Source: Clostridia bacterium (GTDB taxonomy: Bacteria > Bacillota > Clostridia > TANB77 > CAG-465). Taken from it: 64,000 bases of DNA. Position numbers and translations under genes: made by a program. The stretch lies in NCBI GenBank assembly GCA_045637095.1, contig JAZTYX010000054.1:1373-65372 (forward strand). The letters are read 5' to 3'. This document shows positions 8,082 to 16,669 of the stretch, piece by piece. The notes below the pieces were generated by a model. That model worked only from the letters and a program-made list of their open reading frames with translations. It was not told the DNA's origin and did no database searches. Numbering within the stretch: the stretch's first letter is position 1; every line of letters begins with the position of its first letter.

Positions 8082-9656
8082 ATGAAGATGAGATTAAAAA
8101 AAGGAATAACAATGGCTATGCTTGTTGTTATAGTTGCAGTGCTAGGAATATTAGCAACTGTAACAGTAACATCCATATCTAATAGTTATACAAACTCTAA
8201 ATTAGCTATTTGGACATCCGAAATTAGTATTGTACAAGATCTGATGAAAGAGAAAAGAGATAACCTATCAAATATTTTAATGGATGAAATAACATTTGAT
8301 GTTTCGGGTATATCTCAAACAACTTTAGCAGAACAATTTTCTGGAGAAACAATAATATCAAATAAACTTACATTAAAAGAAATAAATCTTGCGGCTATTG
8401 GAGTAGACAATGCGTTATATGGAGTTCACAAAGATACATTAGATATATATGCGTATTCTGAACTAACAGGTAGGGTGTATTATCTAAATGGCTTTGATGC
8501 AAGAATAAAAGAATATTACACTTTAACGCAAGAATTAAAAAATAAATATGGAGATAACTTAACAGTATCTAATTTATCTCTAATTTCTTTTGAACAAAGT
8601 GAAATAGAACCAACAATGAATGCGGTTAAAGTTACTGTTAAAGTACCTAAAACATATACAACAGTAAGCATAACAACAACAAATTCAAGTATAACAGTTG
8701 GTTCAAGAGTAACAGAAACAGATAAATATACATATCCAGTAAATACTAATGGAATAAAAGGCAATTATACAATAACGGTAACTTATACAGAGGGTGGAAC
8801 AACAAAGACAGTTACACATAAAGTAACAAATGCAATATCTACTTTGGGAGCTTTAATTACTAGCGCGCAGGATTACGGTAAAACAGTAGATTATGTATCA
8901 GACAATGGCGTTAAAAAATGGAATGTGTTGTATGAGGATACTACCAATGGGTATATTTATCTAATAGCTACTGAAAAGTTGGCATATAATAAAATGCCAA
9001 CAATACCAGGTGCGACAATAACATCATCTGCAGTAACTCTTGAAAATGGCACATCTAAAAATGTTGGGCAAATAAATTGGGTAAGCGTACCAACAGGAAC
9101 AACAGTTGCTAGTGATGCAAAAACAAAATGGAAAGCTGAATGGTCATCGTATACATCTGGAACAAACGCAAAATGTATATCATATTTTCTAGATGAAACA
9201 TATTGGACAGGACTAAAAAATACAACAGCAGCATACAAAGATTATGTATTAGGTGCAATAGGTACACCAACAGCAGAACTATTTGTACTAAGTTGGAATG
9301 CTAAAAGAGCTGCAACAAACAATACAACTATATACAACAAACAAATATCTTTAACGGTAAGAAGTACGACTACAGGCTACTACGTAAAAGATGCATCAGT
9401 GTCTACCAATACATATCTTCAAGCATTAACTACAGGAGATAAATTGTATGTGTGGAATAATTCAGAATTATCTACAACATGGTTAGCTTCACCAGGAGCT
9501 GTTACAGCAAATTATATATTAATAATAGGTAGTACAGGAAATTTAAGTTATGATACATATAGTGCATCTAACCGCGGAATAAGACCGGTAGTGTGTCTAA
9601 AGTCAGATACACCGGCAGTTTTAGGGACAACAACAGATTATAGTTTAATAAAATAA
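8082..9656 (+). CDS. Large pilin-like / signal-anchored surface protein (family member 2)
   Basis: N-terminus MKMRLKKG|ITMAMLVVIVAVLGIL. Thr-rich beta-type middle region. The C-terminus (TTWLASPG...NRGIRPVVCLKSD) shares a motif with the 23019 and 44046 proteins (YWLAT...VRAVVTLA.D). Confidence 0.55.
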   Translation: MKMRLKKGITMAMLVVIVAVLGILATVTVTSISNSYTNSKLAIWTSEISIVQDLMKEKRDNLSNILMDEITFDVSGISQTTLAEQFSGETIISNKLTLKEINLAAIGVDNALYGVHKDTLDIYAYSELTGRVYYLNGFDARIKEYYTLTQELKNKYGDNLTVSNLSLISFEQSEIEPTMNAVKVTVKVPKTYTTVSITTTNSSITVGSRVTETDKYTYPVNTNGIKGNYTITVTYTEGGTTKTVTHKVTNAISTLGALITSAQDYGKTVDYVSDNGVKKWNVLYEDTTNGYIYLIATEKLAYNKMPTIPGATITSSAVTLENGTSKNVGQINWVSVPTGTTVASDAKTKWKAEWSSYTSGTNAKCISYFLDETYWTGLKNTTAAYKDYVLGAIGTPTAELFVLSWNAKRAATNNTTIYNKQISLTVRSTTTGYYVKDASVSTNTYLQALTTGDKLYVWNNSELSTTWLASPGAVTANYILIIGSTGNLSYDTYSASNRGIRPVVCLKSDTPAVLGTTTDYSLIK

Positions 9657-9763
9657 CAACCACTTGACAAGTGTGTTATAATAATAATGTACCTTAATCT
9701 AGGATATAACTTCCTCAGATTATTTCTTGGACTAAGGCGAATTTAATTAAGGAGGAAAAAGTC

Positions 9764-10024
9764 ATGACTAAGGAAAGAAAGCAAGAAATACTTTCTACTT
9801 ATGCAAAACATGAAGGTGACACTGGTTCTACAGAAGTTCAAGTAGCTCTTTTAACAGAAAGAATTAACGAACTTACAGAACACTTAAGAACTCACAAAAA
9901 AGACGAACACTCTAGACGTGGTCTTTTAATCATGGTTGGTAAGAGAAAAAGATTATTAACATATCTTGAAAACAATGATATTGAAGCTTGCAGAGAATTA
10001 AAAGCTAAATTATCTATAAGATAA
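9764..10024 (+). CDS. rpsO: 30S ribosomal protein S15
   Basis: [55 protein letters not shown] is unmistakably S15. SD AAGGAGG. The extended -10 TGTGTTATAAT lies at 9673-9683. Confidence 0.95.
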   Translation: MTKERKQEILSTYAKHEGDTGSTEVQVALLTERINELTEHLRTHKKDEHSRRGLLIMVGKRKRLLTYLENNDIEACRELKAKLSIR

Positions 10025-10030
10025 GTTATT

Positions 10031-10067
10031 AAAACAGCAGTTGAAATTCAACTGCTGTTCTTTTTTA
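10031..10067 (+). terminator. rho-independent terminator after rpsO
   Basis: AACAGCAGTTGAA-at-TTCAACTGCTGTT followed by CTTTTTT. Confidence 0.75.
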
Positions 10068-10093
10068 TACTTACTTTATATTTCTTTTATTTA

Positions 10094-10516
10094 TTATCTA
10101 AATAATGATTTAATCCAATTTTTAATTTTAGTAAACCAATTATCTTTATTAGTTATCGCTGGTAGGGTAGAAGGTTCAACATTAAATGATGTAACATCAT
10201 TAAACAAACTTTCTATTCCTATTTTGCTGCTTTCTTCTAATTTCGCTCTTAAATTCTCCTTTTCGTAAATTGCTTCTTTTTCCAAATCTGTTGCAAAGAA
10301 TTCTAAATACATTTGTTTTAATATAGCTTGAGTTTCGGTTAGAAGTTTTTGATTTACTAAGCTATAGTTAGGGTTGATATTTACCTTATATTCTTTATTC
10401 ATGTTATCTTTAAGCATATTAATAAAGTCTTCAGGTATTTTTAGCTTATCTTCTTTAGGTAAGCAATTAATTATAAAGAAAGTTTCTGCAAATGCATTGT
10501 TATACACGTTGTTCAT
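10094..10516 (-). CDS. Hypothetical protein (140 aa), translationally coupled to the upstream 538-aa ORF
   Basis: Its start overlaps the end of the 10500..12116 ORF by 17 nt. No recognisable domain. Confidence 0.5.
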   Translation of the reverse strand: MNNVYNNAFAETFFIINCLPKEDKLKIPEDFINMLKDNMNKEYKVNINPNYSLVNQKLLTETQAILKQMYLEFFATDLEKEAIYEKENLRAKLEESSKIGIESLFNDVTSFNVEPSTLPAITNKDNWFTKIKNWIKSLFR

Positions 10517-12116
10517 TTTCAGGACCTCCTTTTTTTATAAAGTGATTTCTGAAGAAAGATTTTACCTTGTCCATCATAGTTGGTTCATGTGGAGCATAAG
10601 CAAATTCTGCAAACTCTTTACTAGAGAAGGCGCCTTCTATTGGTGCGTCATCTTCAATGGTTGGAGCAGACTTAGCTCTTTCTAATTCATATGCATCAAA
10701 TATTTTAAGAGGTAATCCTAAATCTTCAGCATATCTTTTAGCAGTAGCAAGAGTGTCTGGATCAATTTCTTCACCGTTTTTCATAACCATAATATATGAA
10801 GGTTTAACTTTTGACCAATCTAATAATGTTTCGTTTGTTCTACCGTTTTTTGTTCCTTCGAGAGCTTCTGTAAATGGTACGGAATTTCTTTCAAAGTCAA
10901 ATTCATCAAGAGCGTTGTTATATCCTCTGTTTACACTATGTATTGCATCGGCTGGAACTTCAGAAAATCCTATTGCAATGTTTCTACCCAAATGTGGTTT
11001 CATTGCGTCCACTGAAGCTATAGAACACGAAAGCGATGTGGTTGGTTTAGTAATTACATCAGTGCCTAAATGTTTAGTGTATCTACATTTTAATGGTATT
11101 CTAGAATCTAAATCACAAGGATTTTCTCTAGAATATATGTATTGCTCTCTAAGATCTTGTGCTTCTGCTGCGTCAAGTGATTCATCAAAAGGTCTACCGT
11201 ATTTAGCTTCTATTGTTTCGTGAATCCAATTGTTAATTTCAGTTTCAAAATGTTCATTTTGTCTTTGATCATGTTGGTTGTTATGATCTGGTACAAAGTG
11301 AACTATCATAAGCCTACCATCTTCTGGATTGTTAATCGTTTCAGCTCCATCTTTATTGAGTCTTGCTTCAAGCATTGTTCTATTAGCAAGTTCGTATGTA
11401 TCAAAAGCTTGTTTAAGATGAGGATAAATGTCTCCACTTTTAGAAGCAAGCATTTGATCTATATTTGCAAAATTAGTTAAAACACTTTGTAATGCTTGTC
11501 TTTCTTCTGGAGTTGCTGTTTCCAAAAGAACGTTAACTCTAGTTTTTAGTAGTTCATAGTTTTCTATATAGTTAACACAAGCTTCGCCATAAGTGTCTGC
11601 GAGTTCAATTCGCTTAGTATATTTTTCTTTGGTTTCATCTGAAGCATATGGACTATACATTTCTGGATAAGCTCCAAGTCTAACTTCTTTTCTTACTCTA
11701 GCTTCATCAAATGCTAAAGCGTCTGCACCATATGTTTCAAGTAATCTTGCGGATTCAAGTAACATGAATTTTTTAGCACGTAGTTCATATTCATTTAACT
11801 CAATGTTATCATTTGAAAGGCTAGATATAACCTTATCAAAATCTACTGTATCGGAAAGTTCAAGATCATGACGCGCTCTGCCTTGTTCATCTGTAAGAAT
11901 TTTATCTCTGAAACTAATATCTGAAGCAGCTATTTCTTTGAACATTTCACTGTACTGAGAAGATATATCTACTAAATCTTCTTTTGTACCATCAAATGAA
12001 ATAATAGTGTCTATATATCCACCGTAGCCGTTATAATCTGGACTACCCATACATGTTTCTATTAAATCATTTTCGCCAAGTATGTAACCAAATCTATCAA
12101 ATTCTTTTTCGTACAT
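10500..12116 (-). CDS. Large hypothetical cytoplasmic protein (538 aa), no recognisable family
   Basis: Long ORF with diverse composition that is not Lys-biased like its neighbours. An SD is present. The antisense + strand ORFs here are Ser-rich noise. Confidence 0.6.
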   Translation of the reverse strand: MYEKEFDRFGYILGENDLIETCMGSPDYNGYGGYIDTIISFDGTKEDLVDISSQYSEMFKEIAASDISFRDKILTDEQGRARHDLELSDTVDFDKVISSLSNDNIELNEYELRAKKFMLLESARLLETYGADALAFDEARVRKEVRLGAYPEMYSPYASDETKEKYTKRIELADTYGEACVNYIENYELLKTRVNVLLETATPEERQALQSVLTNFANIDQMLASKSGDIYPHLKQAFDTYELANRTMLEARLNKDGAETINNPEDGRLMIVHFVPDHNNQHDQRQNEHFETEINNWIHETIEAKYGRPFDESLDAAEAQDLREQYIYSRENPCDLDSRIPLKCRYTKHLGTDVITKPTTSLSCSIASVDAMKPHLGRNIAIGFSEVPADAIHSVNRGYNNALDEFDFERNSVPFTEALEGTKNGRTNETLLDWSKVKPSYIMVMKNGEEIDPDTLATAKRYAEDLGLPLKIFDAYELERAKSAPTIEDDAPIEGAFSSKEFAEFAYAPHEPTMMDKVKSFFRNHFIKKGGPENEQRV

Positions 12117-12255
12117 AATTTTCTCCTATATATAGGAATATATCATATAAATATTTTTTGTTCAATAATATGTAAAAAATATTAAATTTAATATAATATG
12201 TTTAAAAATATATATTTTTATGATAGCATTGTAAATTGTAAATAGGAGGAAACTA

Positions 12256-14949
12256 ATGAAAGAGGCATATAAGTATTCGGTTGATGAAGTTTTTAATAAA
12301 TTGGGTACAAGTTCAGATGGTTTAAGCTTTGAACAGGCAGAAAAAAGACTTGCAGCAAACGGATTAAATAAATTACAAGAAGCTAAAAAGAAAACACTAC
12401 TTACAAGATTTATAGAGCAAATGAAAAACATTATGATAATTGTTCTTTTAATTGCAGCAGTAATATCTTTAGTAGTAGCTAAAATAGAAAACGAAAGTTA
12501 TACAGATTCAATAATAATATTTGCAGTTGTAATAATGAATGCAGTACTTGGAGTGGTGCAAGAAGCAAAAGCAGATAAGGCTATAGATTCATTAAAGAAG
12601 ATGTCGCTTCCATATATTAAGGTAAGAAGACACGGAAAAATAATGAATATTAAAACAGAAGAACTAGTAGTAGGTGATGTTGTTTTAATAGAAGCGGGAG
12701 ATTTTGTTCCTGCAGATATGAGGCTTATTATTTGTAACGGAATAAGAGTAGAAGAAGCTTCGCTTACAGGAGAATCTTTACCGGTAAGTAAATTTACAGA
12801 TAAGATAGATGAAGATACAGCTCTAGCGGATAGAAGAAATATGCTTTACTCTGGAAGTAGCGTAGTATATGGCCGCGGAGAAGGTGTTGTAACAGCTACT
12901 GGAATGAAAACAGAGCTTGGTAAAATAGCAACAATACTTGCTGAAACCAAAGAAGAACTTACACCACTTCAAAAGAAGATGAATGAAATAAGTAAGGTGT
13001 TAAGTGTAATAGTTGTTGTAATAGGTTTAGCGATGGTTATACTAGGACTTATACAAGGAAATAAACCACTTGAAATATTTATGCTTGCAGTATCACTAGC
13101 TGTAGCGGCAATTCCAGAAGGATTACCAGCATCAATAACAATAATACTTTCAATTGGTGTTCAAAAGATGGCAAAAGAACATAGTATTATACGTAAGCTT
13201 TCTTCAGTAGAAACTTTAGGAGCGACACAAGTAATATGTTCAGATAAAACAGGAACACTTACACAAAATAAAATGACAGTTACTGAAATTAATTTTGGTG
13301 GCGAAAAAATAAAGGTAGATCATTTAGTAGTAAATGATGATGAAAACTTAAAGAGATTTTTAGATAACATTACATTATCTAATGATGTAAAAACTAATGG
13401 CTCTACAGGTGGATACTTAGGTGATCCTACTGAAATAGCATTAGTAGAAATGACAAATAAGTTTGGTAGAAACAAAGATATATACGATACTAGATATGAA
13501 AGAGTAGCAGAAGTTCCATTCGATTCTGAAAGAAAGATGATGACTACTGTAAACAAAATAGATGGTGAGCTTTATGTTCACACTAAAGGCGCATTAGAAT
13601 CTTTAATACATAGATGTTCTAAGGCTATGATAAATGGAAAATTAGTAGACATGACAGATAAGCTAAAAGAAGAAATACTAGATACTAACTCTGAAATGGC
13701 TAGTAGAGCGCTTAGAGTATTAAGTTTTGCATATAAGAAAGTAGATAAGCTACCAAAAGAAGTATCTTCAGATACAATAGAAAAAGATTTAATTTACCAA
13801 GGTATGGTTGGTATGATAGATCCACCAAGACCGGAAGTAAAACAAGCTGTTAAAGATTGTTTCTCTGCAGGCATGATTCCAATTATGATAACAGGAGATA
13901 GCGTAATAACAGCTAGAGCAATAGCAGAAGAAATAGGGATATTAGTTCCAGGTTCAGAAGCAATAACTGGTCAAGAGTTAGATGCTATGAGCGATGAAGA
14001 ATTTGAAAAGAAAATTAAAAACATACGTGTTTATGCAAGAGTAAGTCCAGAAAACAAAGTTAGAATAGTTAAGACTTGGAAGAAGCTTGGTAAGACAGTT
14101 GCTATGACAGGTGATGGAGTAAATGATGCTCCGGCACTTAAGAATGCAGATATAGGCGTTGGAATGGGAATAACAGGTACAGAAGTATCTAAGAGTGTAG
14201 CAAGTATGGTTTTAACAGACGATAACTTTGCATCGATAGTTGTAGCAGTAAAAGAAGGAAGAAGAGTATATAGAAATATACAAAATGTTATAGCATATCT
14301 ATTAGCTTCTAATATAGCAGAAGTAATTATAGTATTTATAGCTAAGATATTTAATATGACAGTATTTAATCCATTACATTTATTATGGATAAATCTAATA
14401 ACAGATGCAATACCAGCAATGGCGTTAGGATTTGAACCAGCAGATGAAAAATCTATGAAAGAAAAACCAAGAAAGGCAACTGCAAAATTCATGTCACCGT
14501 TCTTGATATCTAGAATAATTGTGCCAGCTTTCTTAAAGAGTATGATAATACTAATATTATTCTTTACTGTAAATAATGCATATGGAGCTAGTGTTGCAAC
14601 AACAGCATCGTTTATAACATTATCTTTTGCAGAGTTACTATTTGTATTTGTAGCACGTTCAGATAGTAAACCAATATTTAAGATTGGACTATTCTCAAAC
14701 AAACAATTAGTAATAGGTGTATTTTGTATAATATTAATACAATTATTAGTAATATTTAATCCAACACTTGCAGGATTATTAGAATTAGAACAATTAAAAC
14801 CACAATTATATGCAGTAGCTATACTAAATGCAATTATTTTTATGGTATTTGCAGAAATATTAAAAGTATTAGTTGCTAAAACGTTTGAGGTAAGAAGACA
14901 GATATTAAAAGAAAGAAAAAGAGCTAAAGCAGCACAAAATAATAAGTAA
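12256..14949 (+). CDS. yloB: Calcium-translocating P-type ATPase (P2A/YloB-type)
   Basis: Cation_ATPase_N at the N-terminus. Phosphorylation motif CSDKTGTLT, hinge TGDGVNDAPALK, about 10 TM helices, 897 aa. Confidence 0.9.
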   Translation: MKEAYKYSVDEVFNKLGTSSDGLSFEQAEKRLAANGLNKLQEAKKKTLLTRFIEQMKNIMIIVLLIAAVISLVVAKIENESYTDSIIIFAVVIMNAVLGVVQEAKADKAIDSLKKMSLPYIKVRRHGKIMNIKTEELVVGDVVLIEAGDFVPADMRLIICNGIRVEEASLTGESLPVSKFTDKIDEDTALADRRNMLYSGSSVVYGRGEGVVTATGMKTELGKIATILAETKEELTPLQKKMNEISKVLSVIVVVIGLAMVILGLIQGNKPLEIFMLAVSLAVAAIPEGLPASITIILSIGVQKMAKEHSIIRKLSSVETLGATQVICSDKTGTLTQNKMTVTEINFGGEKIKVDHLVVNDDENLKRFLDNITLSNDVKTNGSTGGYLGDPTEIALVEMTNKFGRNKDIYDTRYERVAEVPFDSERKMMTTVNKIDGELYVHTKGALESLIHRCSKAMINGKLVDMTDKLKEEILDTNSEMASRALRVLSFAYKKVDKLPKEVSSDTIEKDLIYQGMVGMIDPPRPEVKQAVKDCFSAGMIPIMITGDSVITARAIAEEIGILVPGSEAITGQELDAMSDEEFEKKIKNIRVYARVSPENKVRIVKTWKKLGKTVAMTGDGVNDAPALKNADIGVGMGITGTEVSKSVASMVLTDDNFASIVVAVKEGRRVYRNIQNVIAYLLASNIAEVIIVFIAKIFNMTVFNPLHLLWINLITDAIPAMALGFEPADEKSMKEKPRKATAKFMSPFLISRIIVPAFLKSMIILILFFTVNNAYGASVATTASFITLSFAELLFVFVARSDSKPIFKIGLFSNKQLVIGVFCIILIQLLVIFNPTLAGLLELEQLKPQLYAVAILNAIIFMVFAEILKVLVAKTFEVRRQILKERKRAKAAQNNK

Positions 14950-14971
14950 TTAAAATAAGAAAAAATAACAA

Positions 14972-15008
14972 TAAACAGAGGAGCATATTGCTCCTCTGTT
15001 ATTCATTA
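14972..15008. terminator. bidirectional terminator between convergent genes
   Basis: AACAGAGGAGCA-tatt-GCTCCTCTGTT with A-rich sequence to the left and T-rich sequence to the right. Confidence 0.7.
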
Positions 15009-15512
15009 TTGCATTATTCTATTAAGTAATTTCTTAAAATCATCATAATATATTTTATCTGATTTATAGAAATAGATGTCGCCGTCTGTTTTTTTGCGTA
15101 TTCTAAAGTCTCCAGGAGAAATTCCTACCGAATAGAAATCGCCGTTTGTTGAGTAAAAACTAATACTATATACAAATGTTGTAACAAGAGCATTATAAGA
15201 AGAAAGTCTATATCCAGACATTTTTTTTACAAAATTGCATATAGCTTCAATATCTTCTGGTTCAGTTAATGTTGTAATGTAATCATAGCCATGTTTAATT
15301 TCAATTCTTTCAATTTCTTTTTTGAATATTCTGTTATTACCAACAGTAGTTAAAATTGAAGAACAGTTCTCTATTGGATGCTGTGAGCGTACTTTAAGTG
15401 TATAAATATATAATGTTAAAAAACATATAATAGCTAGTATAAGCAATGTATATAATATTATGCTGTTTTTTCCTTTATTTTTTCCCATTTCATTTGACCT
15501 TTCTAAATACAA
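15006..15512 (-). CDS. Hypothetical signal-anchored protein
   Basis: Single N-terminal TM (IILYTLLILAIICFLTLYIY). The true start is possibly the Met at MGKNKGK. No family recognised. Confidence 0.5.
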   Translation of the reverse strand: MYLERSNEMGKNKGKNSIILYTLLILAIICFLTLYIYTLKVRSQHPIENCSSILTTVGNNRIFKKEIERIEIKHGYDYITTLTEPEDIEAICNFVKKMSGYRLSSYNALVTTFVYSISFYSTNGDFYSVGISPGDFRIRKKTDGDIYFYKSDKIYYDDFKKLLNRIMQ

Positions 15513-15608
15513 CTAAATTATATATAGTATATCTTTAATTGTCAAACTAAGTAGAATATACTTAGCCCTTTATTCATATGTATATATTAAAAAGGGGATG
15601 TAAATAAT

Positions 15609-16166
15609 ATGAATGGTGAAATGAATGCTAATAATAACGCTAATGGCAATACTACTAATAATAGGTCTGCTTCTAGTAACGGAGGATTTAACATAAGCAA
15701 TCTGTTTGATCTTTCTAGAATTGGGAATATGTTTAGTGGCAATACTAGAGTAAATAATCCATTAAATAATATACGTAGAATGTTTAGTGGAAATAATATG
15801 AATAGAAGATATGTCGGAAATAGAAATATGCTAAAAGTTCTCCCTATAGAAGAAGCATATAGAAGGATTAAAAGTGGAAACATTCTTCTTATAGATGTAA
15901 GAACGGAAATGGAATATGCAACGCTAAAGATAAAAGGAAGCGTAAATATTCCGTTAGATAGATTGCAAATGGAAATAGTAAATATGGTGGCTAATAAAGA
16001 GGAGAATATAATGTTATATTGTGCAACTGGCTCAAGGGTAAGACGTGCAGCTCAAATTCTATGGTCACTTGGATATAACAATATATACATATGGGAAGGA
16101 GCAGGTATAAATACATTTGCTTTTCAAGATTTAATAGTATATAATAACAGGCAGCAAGATGAATAA
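15609..16166 (+). CDS. Rhodanese-domain sulfurtransferase with an Asn-rich N-terminal extension
   Basis: The C-terminal 100 aa form a rhodanese fold with active-site loop YCATGSRVRRA. The N-terminal 80 aa are low complexity (N-rich with repeated MFSGN motifs). Confidence 0.8.
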   Translation: MNGEMNANNNANGNTTNNRSASSNGGFNISNLFDLSRIGNMFSGNTRVNNPLNNIRRMFSGNNMNRRYVGNRNMLKVLPIEEAYRRIKSGNILLIDVRTEMEYATLKIKGSVNIPLDRLQMEIVNMVANKEENIMLYCATGSRVRRAAQILWSLGYNNIYIWEGAGINTFAFQDLIVYNNRQQDE

Positions 16167-16184
16167 CTTGCTAGGAGGAAACTT

Positions 16185-16499
16185 ATGAAAGAATTAAACG
16201 ATAATAACTTTAGAGAAGAAATAAAGAAAGAAAAATTAGCACTTGTAGATTTTTATGCAACTTGGTGTGGACCATGTGGTATGCAAGCGGAAGTATTAAA
16301 GAAAATGTCTGAATCTAGAACACTAGAATTTAGTATAGTAAAAGTAAATGTAGATGAAGCACCAGGGTTAGCATTAGAACATAGCATATCATCTATACCA
16401 ACATTAGTAGTATATAGAGAAGGAAAAATGGTTAAAAAGGTAGTTGGACTATCTGATGAAGAAGAAATATTAAATATCATGAGTGGATTTATGGACTAA
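16185..16499 (+). CDS. trxA: Thioredoxin
   Basis: WCGPCGM active site, 104 aa, good SD GGAGGA. Confidence 0.9.
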   Translation: MKELNDNNFREEIKKEKLALVDFYATWCGPCGMQAEVLKKMSESRTLEFSIVKVNVDEAPGLALEHSISSIPTLVVYREGKMVKKVVGLSDEEEILNIMSGFMD

Positions 16500-16528
16500 A
16501 TCCTATGATTTAGCTCTAAAACAAGGTT

Positions 16529-16590
16529 TTGTAACATTTGTGTAACACAAAAGTATGTATTTTGTAACACAAATGTTATTTGTTTGTAGT
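16529..16590 (+). terminator. long AT-rich hairpin terminator after trxA
   Basis: Arms GTAACATTTGTGTAAC (16531-16546) and GTAACACAAATGTTAT (16565-16580) pair at 15 of 16 positions and are followed by TTGTTTG. The stem contains an inner 7-1-7 palindrome TTTGTGTaACACAAA. Confidence 0.5.
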
Positions 16591-16618
16591 TGATTTTGAA
16601 AAGCCTTATATCTATAAT
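16590..16618 (+). promoter_or_regulatory. sigma-A promoter of the repeat-protein gene
   Basis: TTGATT, a 17-nt spacer, then TATAAT. Confidence 0.5.
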
Positions 16619-16669
16619 TGAAGTATAAGTAATTATTATAAATTATTTCTACAAATTTCTACAAAAGAG

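Noticed and set aside
10041-11480. Plus-strand ORFs 10041..10268, 10374..10685, 10657..11223 and 11220..11480 overlapping the minus-strand two-gene module
   Set aside because: The minus-strand frames are far longer, with balanced composition and SDs. The plus-strand frames are Ser-rich and fragmented.
16527-16580. TGTAACA heptamer repeats after trxA as a transcription-factor operator (tested mentally against cre, TnrA, Rex, LexA, PerR and NrdR consensus sequences)
   Set aside because: No consensus fits. The two arms pair at 15 of 16 positions and are followed by a U-rich tract, so a long AT-rich intrinsic terminator is the simpler explanation. A dual role is not excluded.
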